DNA of 32,000 bases from Bacillus subtilis subsp. subtilis str. 168. GTDB taxonomy: Bacteria > Bacillota > Bacilli > Bacillales > Bacillaceae. This document shows, piece by piece, positions 8,120-15,462 of the stretch (its first letter is position 1; every line of letters begins with the position of its first letter). The DNA lies in assembly GCF_000009045.1 (NCBI RefSeq), contig NC_000964.3:3720001-3752000 (forward strand), in the 5' to 3' direction. Both the position numbers and the translations under genes were made by a program. The notes under the pieces were generated by a model. It was not told the DNA's origin and did not search any database. It saw nothing but the letters and a program-made list of their open reading frames with translations.

Positions 8120-8197
8120 CTGAATCACCTCTTAATACTCAAAAAGTCGTATGGAGGGGCTGATGAAGATAGACTTTTCCATACTTTATTTCCATAT

Positions 8198-8203
8198 ATT
8201 ATA
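8198..8203 (-). promoter_or_regulatory. candidate -10 box (TATAAT) of the ywqH operon promoter, with no good -35
   Basis: TATAAT on the minus strand about 80 nt upstream of ywqH. The -35 position reads GCCGCC, so the promoter is probably activator-dependent. Confidence 0.3.
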
Positions 8204-8365
8204 TTTTAAAATAGCCAGAAGGCGGCTTAAATAGGGTAAATGGCTTAATTTAGGCATATAACGCTCTTGAAATGTAGGTATTTGATCTTGTTTTTGTTCG
8301 TTATACAGCTAATAAAAGCGTTTTATAAAATGAAATCACCTAATGTCATAGTTATAAAGGCACTT

Positions 8366-8398
8366 GAAAGAGGCAGATGTTGTTGATCTGCCTCTTTC
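8366..8398 (-). terminator. 13-bp perfect stem-loop between ywqG and ywqH (probable ywqG terminator or RNA-stabilising hairpin; weak U-tract)
   Basis: GAAAGAGGCAGAT, 7-nt loop, ATCTGCCTCTTTC. Lies 113 nt downstream of the ywqG stop. Confidence 0.5.
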
Positions 8399-8510
8399 GG
8401 CGCTGAGCTTATTGTTCATGTTTATGTTCTTCATCTGGTCGGCCATGTCTGATTTTGTCATTTGGCTTCTATTATTCCCCCCTTCTGACCCTTTGGATCA
8501 AAAGCTTGTA

Positions 8511-9296
8511 TTAGCTGCAGTCCCAGTTGTACAGAACGTTTGAAAAGTCTTTTTTCCTTAGATCTTCAGGTGTGATGAAAAAATTGGCGATGCCGACGTC
8601 TCCCCACATTGAATCGATATCATCGTCTGAATCAATTTGTAACAGCATGATGGTGTGTTCTTTATATGCGTATTCCCGGGGATCATGCTGGGTAAAAGAA
8701 GCGTATCCGCCAATTTTATGGCCAAATCCGTTTTCAGCCAGTTCATTATAAATGTCTTCTTCATCCTCGCCGAACTGACCAAAGAACTCCATTGTTTCCA
8801 TGCCCGTATACTGCTCAAATTGAAAATCTGTAGGCAGCACCCATTCCGAAGATTTCACAGGCTCGACTGCCGCTTCTGATAAAATCGGAAAATCACATTC
8901 GCCTGTGCCAATAAATGAAAAATCAGAAACAAGCTCGTCATCGTTTTCTACGATATTTTCAAAATAGATCACTCTGAAATTCTTTTGTTCACATCGATCG
9001 TCAAAATTCAATCCATAGACGTCATCATGAACAGAAATGTAGAACTGCAGGATACCTGAAGAAGGGTAGCCGTCAAGCTGGGGAATGTGCGAGAAATTAA
9101 TCTGCGCCAGAAGTTTCATCGGCTGTCCATTTTCGTCAGTCGGATATGTTTCATGCTTGGGGAAATAGGGATCACCGGCAATTTTGCTGTCATATCGTCC
9201 TGTTTTCCCCTTTCTCACATTCAGTTTCACGTATTCTTTCGCTGATTTCTCCAGCAAGTCGCGGTACGGTCTCATTTTTTCGGGCAGATGATTCAT
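8511..9296 (-). CDS. ywqG: YwqG-family (DUF1963-type) protein of unknown function
   Basis: 261 aa. SD AAGGAGAG 7 nt upstream. Sequence and synteny match ywqG. Confidence 0.88.
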
Positions 9297-9449
9297 CAGA
9301 TTCTCTCCTTTTCCGGCATCTCCAAGGTTTTATTTTCTGGTTTTCTTCTAATGTTTTTCAAACGAATGTTTAAAGAAGCCCTACTTCTGCATAATTTTCC
9401 AAACAATAGTTAAATAGTAGCAAATGTATTCAGCACCCCGCAATAGATG

Positions 9450-9480
9450 AAAAAAAGACTGGTGCGCAACCAGCCTTTCT
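9450..9480 (-). terminator. intrinsic terminator of ugd and the tkmA operon
   Basis: Minus strand: AAAGGCTGGT-TGCGC-ACCAGTCTTTTTTT, 8 nt after the ugd stop. Confidence 0.85.
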
Positions 9481-9487
9481 TTTTCAT

Positions 9488-10810
9488 CTATTGAATTGCA
9501 CCTGACGGAACAACCGCCTTCCGTCCGACAGAATAATACTCCACTCCTGCAGCCAAAGCCTCATCCAATGTGTAGCAGTTTCTGCCGTCAAATATGAGCG
9601 GCGTTTCCATCAAATCCTGATAAGCCGCTAACGGGAATTGTTTAATGTCAGCCCAGTCGGTTAAAATCATGACGGCGTCAGACCCTTTGACAGCTTCCTC
9701 GATCGTCTCTTTATATTCAACAGCTTGCGGGAGAACATGCTTTGCATGGCTAACTGCAATGGGATCGTAGGCTCTGATACGGGCGTCGAGCGCAGCGAGA
9801 CGGTCTGCAATAACAATTGACGGCGCTTCTCTCATATCGTCGGTATTCGGTTTAAATGACAGGCCTAAAAGGGCAATCGTTTTTCCCGTCACCCCACCGA
9901 GCCTGTTCAGCGCTTTATCAACCAGCATCGCCTGCTGATTGTTGTTGACTTTGATAACGGATTTCAGCAGTTCAAAATCATGCTCGACATTGCCGGCAAT
10001 TTGCACGAGGGCGTTTGTGTCCTTTGGAAAACAAGAGCCGCCGTAGCCTATGCCCGCTTTTAAAAACTGGCTCCCGATCCGCTTATCCTGTCCCATCCCG
10101 TATGCGACTGCTTCAATATCGGCGCCGACCTTTTCACATATATTCGAAATTTCGTTTATAAAACTGATCTTAGTGGCCAGAAAAGCATTTGAGGCATATT
10201 TGATCATCTCGGCGCTTCTGATATCCGTTTGGTAAATCGGGATTTGAAACGGACGGAAGAGCTCCTCCAGCGTATTTGCTGTTTTCTCATCGGCCGTCCC
10301 GATCACGATCCTGTCACCATGAAAGGTATCATAGATCGCCGACCCCTCACGCAAAAATTCCGGATTGGATGCGACCGAAATACTGACAGGCTCCGCTAGA
10401 TGTTCAGTAATCAGTCCATTAATCAAATCGTTTGTCCCAACGGGCACTGTGCTTTTCGTTACCACGACTGTATCTCGTTTGACATGCTTTGCGATGCGTT
10501 TGGCCGCATCTGTAATTTGCTCCAGATTGGCGTGCCCGTCGCTTTTCTGCGGTGTGCCGACCGCTATAAAAATGATGTCTGCCTGTGCCAAGCCTTTCTC
10601 ATAGCTCGTTTCAAAGTTCAGCCGTCCATCAGCTGTATTTTTTCTCATCAGCTCTTCAAGACCTGGTTCAAATATGGGGGAAATGCCCTTTCTCATTTCA
10701 TCAATCTTGTGAGCGTCAATATCAATGCAGGTTACATGATGTCCAATCTCAGAAAGAGAAACACCTGTCACAAGACCGACATAGCCTGTTCCGATGACTG
10801 TTATATTCAT
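9488..10810 (-). CDS. ugd: UDP-glucose 6-dehydrogenase (440 aa)
   Basis: MNITVIGTGYVGLVTG Rossmann N-terminus and catalytic GGSCFPKD. SD GGAGGG precedes ATG 10810. The track start at 10945 is an unsupported extension. Confidence 0.92.
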   Translation of the reverse strand: MNITVIGTGYVGLVTGVSLSEIGHHVTCIDIDAHKIDEMRKGISPIFEPGLEELMRKNTADGRLNFETSYEKGLAQADIIFIAVGTPQKSDGHANLEQITDAAKRIAKHVKRDTVVVTKSTVPVGTNDLINGLITEHLAEPVSISVASNPEFLREGSAIYDTFHGDRIVIGTADEKTANTLEELFRPFQIPIYQTDIRSAEMIKYASNAFLATKISFINEISNICEKVGADIEAVAYGMGQDKRIGSQFLKAGIGYGGSCFPKDTNALVQIAGNVEHDFELLKSVIKVNNNQQAMLVDKALNRLGGVTGKTIALLGLSFKPNTDDMREAPSIVIADRLAALDARIRAYDPIAVSHAKHVLPQAVEYKETIEEAVKGSDAVMILTDWADIKQFPLAAYQDLMETPLIFDGRNCYTLDEALAAGVEYYSVGRKAVVPSGAIQ

Positions 10811-11004
10811 TGTTTCCCTCCAACAGTTAAATTGCTGCTTTGCAGCTTCCGTAATATCGTATGAGAACATCCTATCATGAATGCGAATGATCTCCCGCAT
10901 AGCCTGTCGGGTACAGCCTGTACAGATTTCTGAAATGTGATTCAACCATACAATACACTATTATATCGCTCTCAAAAAGAAAGTGGTGAAATGAGAATCG
11001 GCTG

Positions 11005-11769
11005 TTAAAAAAAACCAAACAATTTTCTTCTTTTGACCGGCTGCGGAGGCTGTCTGAAGATGGTCTGATTCCGCAGGAGAAGCTCTGCATTTTCCGTCAG
11101 CATATAAGGAAGTTCCGAGCCGAATTCTTTCTCTAGAACATAAAGAGCCTCTTGAGTGTGAAAATTTCTCGTTTTCACATTATGGGCATCTGAGGCTACG
11201 AAATGGATCAAATTGGCTTCAACCAGCCGGAGAGAAAATGCTTTCAGCTGCTTGCCGAAGATCCCCGCAAGACTTCCTGAAGTAATCTGAGATGCTGCTC
11301 CTTTTTCCACAAGATGATACAGCAAGGACGGGTTTTCGCGAATTTCCCTGTTGCGTTCAGGATGGGCGATAACCGGAATATATCCTTTCAGCTGCAAATC
11401 ATAAAAAAGCTGCTCCGCATATCGGGGAACGTGATCAAACGGAAACTCAATCAAGATGTATTTTGTATCATTCAGCGAAAGCAGCTGACGTTTGGCAAGG
11501 TCTTGTTCCACCTCGCCGTAGATTCTGATTTCCTGTCCCGGAAGCACATGTAAAGGAATGTCTTCTTTGATTAAACGTTTGTTTAACTGATCTGCTGCTT
11601 CTCTGACTGCGGCTGGCTCGTTTTTATACACACCGTTGTTATGATGAGGTGTCGCAATGATCGTCCGGATTCCCTGACGAACAGCTGCTCTTGCCATTTC
11701 TATGCTGTCGGCCGAATCACCTGCCCCGTCATCCATTGCGGGAAGAATGTGACAGTGAATATCGATCAT
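11005..11769 (-). CDS. ptpZ: PHP-family (CpsB-type) protein-tyrosine phosphatase
   Basis: MIDIHCHILPAMDDGA, ATPH and DAHN metal-binding motifs. 254 aa. Confidence 0.92.
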   Translation of the reverse strand: MIDIHCHILPAMDDGAGDSADSIEMARAAVRQGIRTIIATPHHNNGVYKNEPAAVREAADQLNKRLIKEDIPLHVLPGQEIRIYGEVEQDLAKRQLLSLNDTKYILIEFPFDHVPRYAEQLFYDLQLKGYIPVIAHPERNREIRENPSLLYHLVEKGAASQITSGSLAGIFGKQLKAFSLRLVEANLIHFVASDAHNVKTRNFHTQEALYVLEKEFGSELPYMLTENAELLLRNQTIFRQPPQPVKRRKLFGFF

Positions 11770-11821
11770 GTCCTAGCCCCCTTTTTTCGCAAAAATAAAT
11801 AACGGGCACGATGCACGTTAT

Positions 11822-12535
11822 TTATTTTTGCATGAAATTGTCCTTGGTTCCGTAATATCCGTATTCAGAGTGCTTCGAAAGCTTTTTGCCGTTCATAATC
11901 GCCCCAAGGAGCTTGCTTTTGCACGTTGCAAGCGCCTCTTTCGCTTTTGCGGCTTGTTCTTTTTCTGTTTTCCCGCTTGAAATAACCAGAACAGAACCGT
12001 CTGCCACGTTGCCTAAAATCTGTGCATCTGCTACGGCAAGAATAGGCGGCGTATCAAAAATGACCATATCATATGCCGCACACGCTTCGTATGCAAGCTC
12101 CTTCATCCACTTCGAGGAGAGAAGCTCGGCCGGGTTTGGCGGGATCGGGCCGCTCGTCAGCACGTCAAGATGTTTTTCATTCGATGCTTGTACAGCCTGC
12201 TCCATAGAGCTTTTCTTTAATAAAACAGATGTTAAGCCAACCGTATTTTCAAGAAAAAAAGCCGTATGTACTGTTGGTTTTCGCAAATCAGCATCAATCA
12301 GGAGCACTTTTTTTCCCTGTTGGGCGAATACGACAGCCAGGTTGGCGGCCGTTGTTGATTTTCCTTCCCCCGGACAAGCCGATGTAATCATGACTGATTT
12401 CATTTGCCGGTCCACTGAAGCAAATTCTATATTCGTGCGAATCGTCCGATATTGTTCAGAGTTCAAGGATTTCGGCTCTGTCATTGCAATGACATTTCTC
12501 TGCATCCGCGAGCCTCTGTTTTTTCTAAGCGCCAA
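11822..12535 (-). CDS. ptkA: BY-kinase, cytoplasmic catalytic subunit (237 aa, TTG start)
   Basis: Walker A GEGKST, Walker A' LIDADLRKP, Walker B VIFDTPP and a C-terminal Tyr cluster (SEYGYYG). SD GGGGAG precedes TTG 12535. Overlaps the tkmA 3' end by 11 nt. Confidence 0.9.
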   Translation of the reverse strand: MALRKNRGSRMQRNVIAMTEPKSLNSEQYRTIRTNIEFASVDRQMKSVMITSACPGEGKSTTAANLAVVFAQQGKKVLLIDADLRKPTVHTAFFLENTVGLTSVLLKKSSMEQAVQASNEKHLDVLTSGPIPPNPAELLSSKWMKELAYEACAAYDMVIFDTPPILAVADAQILGNVADGSVLVISSGKTEKEQAAKAKEALATCKSKLLGAIMNGKKLSKHSEYGYYGTKDNFMQK

Positions 12536-13271
12536 AATGTCCACTCCCCGTTTTTTCAGATTGGAAACCCTGTAAGGTCTTTGCTGTTTTCTGCTCATTC
12601 GCAATGGTGGAAACTGTCCCTAAAACAGGTATGTCCAGCAAGGATTCGAGCTGCTCTTCCGATTTGATCGTATTATCCAAATGCTCAAGCAGGAAGGCCA
12701 GTCCGATGCTTCCCGCCAATCCGGCCGCAAACGCGATGGCAATGTTTAGTAGCGGCTTTGGCGATACAGGGGACGGGTGTTCTGAAACCTCGGCTTTTGA
12801 CAGAATGCTGACATTGTCAACATTCATAATGGATGTGATTTTGTCTTGAAAAACAGATGCTATAGTATTGGCAATATGAGCCGCTGTTTCCGCGTTTTCA
12901 TCCCTGACTGATATGTTGACCACTTGGGAGTCCTGTTCGCTGGATACGGTAATTTTGTCATTCAGTTCTTGGGATGTCATCGACAGGCCCATTTCTTTAA
13001 TGACTTCATCTAAGATGGCAGGGCTCTTAATGATGACATTGTACGTATTGATTAACTGAAGATTGGTTTGGACATCGTTAAATTGGACTTCTTTTCGTTC
13101 ATTTTTCGATTGGTTGACCAGAATCTGAGTTGAATTTTCATAGATGGGTGTAAGTGCGAAGAAACTAATGAGTCCGCCGGCAGCAGTGGCAGCCGCGGTT
13201 ACAATCATAATCAAAAGTATGCGTTTTGTTAACGTTGATAATATCTCTTTTAAGCTTGTAGATTCTCCCAT
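12525..13271 (-). CDS. tkmA: BY-kinase transmembrane modulator (Wzz/chain-length-determinant-like, 248 aa)
   Basis: Two TM helices flank an extracytoplasmic domain. SD GGAGG precedes ATG 13271. The track start at 13334 is unsupported. Confidence 0.9.
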   Translation of the reverse strand: MGESTSLKEILSTLTKRILLIMIVTAAATAAGGLISFFALTPIYENSTQILVNQSKNERKEVQFNDVQTNLQLINTYNVIIKSPAILDEVIKEMGLSMTSQELNDKITVSSEQDSQVVNISVRDENAETAAHIANTIASVFQDKITSIMNVDNVSILSKAEVSEHPSPVSPKPLLNIAIAFAAGLAGSIGLAFLLEHLDNTIKSEEQLESLLDIPVLGTVSTIANEQKTAKTLQGFQSEKTGSGHFGA

Positions 13272-13473
13272 GATACCTCCAAATCTCTTATAACATCCTT
13301 TTCCATCTACGATTATACAACGTTGAAACCGCATTTCTCCAGCTTTTCACGTGACATAATTCGACATTTTTTTACAATGCGTTATGTTAGTACTTTTTAT
13401 GTAAGCGCTATATTTACTGTGTTGACAGTGCTGTCTCATTTTCTCTTATTCGGGCAGTCACGTTCTCTCGCAT

Positions 13474-13506
13474 AAAAAAATCCCGCTAAAGGCGTGCGGG
13501 ATTTTT
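13474..13506 (-). terminator. intrinsic terminator of the 47-codon ORF (A/T runs on both sides, so possibly bidirectional)
   Basis: AAAAAAATCCCGC-TAAAGGCGT-GCGGGATTTTT, directly abutting the TAA at 13505-13507. Confidence 0.8.
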
Positions 13507-13648
13507 ATGTTGCATATCCATTTTTAATATGAGAAATCAAATTTTCAAGCATTTCCTTCGTCGTCATCTCAGATGACTGCTCACCAATTTCATGTGCATG
13601 CATCAAAATTTTCAGAAATTCTTCTTGATTCAATTTCTTTTCACTCAT
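13505..13648 (-). CDS. small acidic helical protein, 47 aa (below the track cut-off; possibly the gene annotated ywzD in strain 168, but I am not certain)
   Basis: ATG 13648 is preceded by GAAAGGA (8-nt spacer). It translates MSEKKLNQEEFLKILMHAHEIGEQSSEMTTKEMLENLISHIKNGYAT and is followed by its own terminator. Confidence 0.6.
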   Translation of the reverse strand: MSEKKLNQEEFLKILMHAHEIGEQSSEMTTKEMLENLISHIKNGYAT

Positions 13649-13797
13649 CTTTTTTTTCCTTTCAGCTTCCATTAAGTTGAAAACACGATTATTATATGAT
13701 GCTGGTTATCAATTTGCAATCTCTAATACATCATTCGACACATCCTATTTTTTATGTCCTTTTTTAGGAAAAACTTTTTAAGGCCGATGTGTTGCGA

Positions 13798-13803
13798 TAT
13801 AAT
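13798..13803 (+). promoter_or_regulatory. candidate -10 box (TATAAT) for ywqB-ywqA
   Basis: TATAAT 49 nt upstream of the ywqB ATG. The -35 is weak (TTTTAA/TTTTTA). Confidence 0.3.
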
Positions 13804-13851
13804 AGAGAAATTGGATCTTTTTATTACGTGACTCGGTTAGGAGCGATAATC

Positions 13852-15462
13852 ATGCTTCAGAATATGATTTCCAAAGACGATGTGCTGGCATCTGCTGAAC
13901 AGTTAAAAGAACTTCTTCCTTACAATGAGGAAAATGTTCAGCTGATCAAAAAAGCCCTTATTTTATATCGGCAGGATTCAGTCTATCGTTTACAAGCAGT
14001 GAGTCCGACGGAAGTTACGGCTTACGTGCAGGATGTTGTGCCTGTGCGGGTCACATTGAACTTGTTTGTCATAGTCAAAAGCGGCTGTTCATGTCCGTCC
14101 GGAAGAATCTGCCGCCATATGCTGGCTGTGTTTTTATATGTATATGCAATGTTCGAGCGAGTGGGTACTTTTACAGAGTATTGGCTGGAGAGGGAAAAGC
14201 TTGAGGAAAGCAAAGAGCTCGTCCGCCGCCAGTTTCAGGAAAAGGTGCTGCCTAATGAAGAATCACTTTCAAGCTGGCTTGCTTTTTTTGATTCAGAGTT
14301 TTCTCTCTGGCAGGCACGTACGCCAGAAGGCAGCCAAAACATGCAGGGCCTCTATTACGGCTACCTGTCCGCATTAAAAAAACATGCGCCGAACAAGCCG
14401 GAGCTGAAAAGCCTGTATCAGATTCATTCCGCGATTGCGGTTTGGCTTCGCATGTTCACATTGATTGAAGCGGGCAAGCTAAACCCCGAACAAGATTTTT
14501 ATTCCCTCAATCCGTACGTTGAACAGCTGATGGATACAATCTACAGCTCTATTGATAAATTAAAAACGTACGCGCTGTCTTTTGCGCTTGATCCGTTTTT
14601 GGATAAAACACCGGATGTTATCCGGCATTTGCTGTTGAAAGAAGAAATTTTCCAATATGAACGCATCCGCGTCTTCGGTGAAATTTGGAGTGCGCTGCTG
14701 TCGCGGCCAAAATGGGTGGCACGCGAACAGGAGATATTGAAAAAAGAAGCAGGACGGCGTTTTTCTCCCGAATTGCAATTCGGGCGCCTGCATTTGGAAT
14801 TCCTGCAAAAAAATGATGACGTTATTTTTGAGGAAGCGGATCAATTCCCGCCGGAAGCGCTCCCTTATACATTCCAATGGCTGAGTGAAATGACTGCCAA
14901 GAAGGACTGGAAACGGCTTAAAACATGGTACCAGCAAATTGAACCAATTGCGATGGGTTATACGAAGCTGGATAAGCCGTTTAAAGAGATTCGCGATGTG
15001 ATCGGCGAGCTGTTCCTTCTGTTGAATGCCTATGTGCAGCAAACCAATGATCAAGCGCTGTTTGAGCGCTTTGCCGCGGGCTGTCTGCCGTATACGTTCA
15101 CAGAATACAGCCATCATTTATATGAAAAAAAACGCTATGCCGAGTGGATTGAAATTCATAGCCTTGTCGGCTTTTCCATCAATGAAATGGATAAAATGAT
15201 GCTCAAGGAAATTGCAGCGAGCGACCCTGAGGCGCTTATACCGGCTTACCATAGAGAAGTGGCTTTTTTCATTGATCAGAAGAACCGTAGCTCGTACAAG
15301 GAAGCCGCCCGGTATTTGAAAAAATTGCGCACCCTGTACAAAAAAGCGAAAAAGCAGAAGGTGTGGGAGCGGTATATTCAGCTGCTGAGCTCGCATTACA
15401 AGCGCCTGCGTGCGCTTCAAGAAGAACTGCAGAAAGGAAAGTTGATTGATGGCGAGTCTTAA
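13852..15462 (+). CDS. ywqB: SWIM zinc-finger protein of unknown function (536 aa)
   Basis: SD AGGAG precedes ATG 13852. SWIM motif C-S-C-x5-C-R-H is encoded at 14086-14118. The rest is helical-repeat-like. Confidence 0.88.
   Translation: MLQNMISKDDVLASAEQLKELLPYNEENVQLIKKALILYRQDSVYRLQAVSPTEVTAYVQDVVPVRVTLNLFVIVKSGCSCPSGRICRHMLAVFLYVYAMFERVGTFTEYWLEREKLEESKELVRRQFQEKVLPNEESLSSWLAFFDSEFSLWQARTPEGSQNMQGLYYGYLSALKKHAPNKPELKSLYQIHSAIAVWLRMFTLIEAGKLNPEQDFYSLNPYVEQLMDTIYSSIDKLKTYALSFALDPFLDKTPDVIRHLLLKEEIFQYERIRVFGEIWSALLSRPKWVAREQEILKKEAGRRFSPELQFGRLHLEFLQKNDDVIFEEADQFPPEALPYTFQWLSEMTAKKDWKRLKTWYQQIEPIAMGYTKLDKPFKEIRDVIGELFLLLNAYVQQTNDQALFERFAAGCLPYTFTEYSHHLYEKKRYAEWIEIHSLVGFSINEMDKMMLKEIAASDPEALIPAYHREVAFFIDQKNRSSYKEAARYLKKLRTLYKKAKKQKVWERYIQLLSSHYKRLRALQEELQKGKLIDGES

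Noticed and set aside
8336-8461. 41-codon minus-strand ORF (MTKSDMADQMKNINMNNKLSAERGRSTTSASFKCLYNYDIR) in the ywqG-ywqH spacer, preceded by a G-rich run.
   Set aside because: The SD-like GGGGGG is about 15 nt from the ATG. The ORF reads straight through the 13-bp perfect hairpin (8366-8398), which explains the sequence better as RNA structure. The composition is not protein-like.
10875-11090. 71-aa minus-strand ORF spanning the ptpZ-ugd spacer.
   Set aside because: It overlaps the ptpZ 3' end out of frame, has no SD and is Ser/Phe/Cys-rich. The spacer is more plausibly regulatory.
11886-12575. 229-aa plus-strand ORF fully antisense to ptkA. Similar long antisense ORFs: 27705..28274 (opposite mbl), 7590..8114 (opposite ywqH/ywqI), 6407..6886 (opposite ywqJ), 14560..15117 and 15118..15474 (opposite ywqB), 16201..16605 (opposite ywqA), 18615..19133 (same strand as ywpJ, other frame).
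   Set aside because: Each lies opposite or out of frame to a gene with clear family motifs. None has an SD. All translate to low-complexity Ser/Phe/Cys/Arg-rich sequence typical of shadow ORFs.
13272-13473. tkmA operon promoter. TATAAT at 13312-13317 on the minus strand was the best -10.
   Set aside because: No acceptable -35 (GGAGAA/TGGAGA) and no TGn extension. It is too uncertain to list as a feature without TSS data.
889-13851. 5'-extended starts given by the ORF track for ywrC (889), ywqN (3373), ywqH (8128), ugd (10945), ptkA (12604), tkmA (13334) and ywqB (13789). The same applies to ywqA (15446), glcR (20009), mscL (23731), fabZ (24205) and flhO (27115).
   Set aside because: The extensions lack SD sequences, sometimes overlap promoters or the upstream gene, and add non-homologous residues. 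Internal ATG/GTG/TTG codons with good SDs give the canonical family N-termini.
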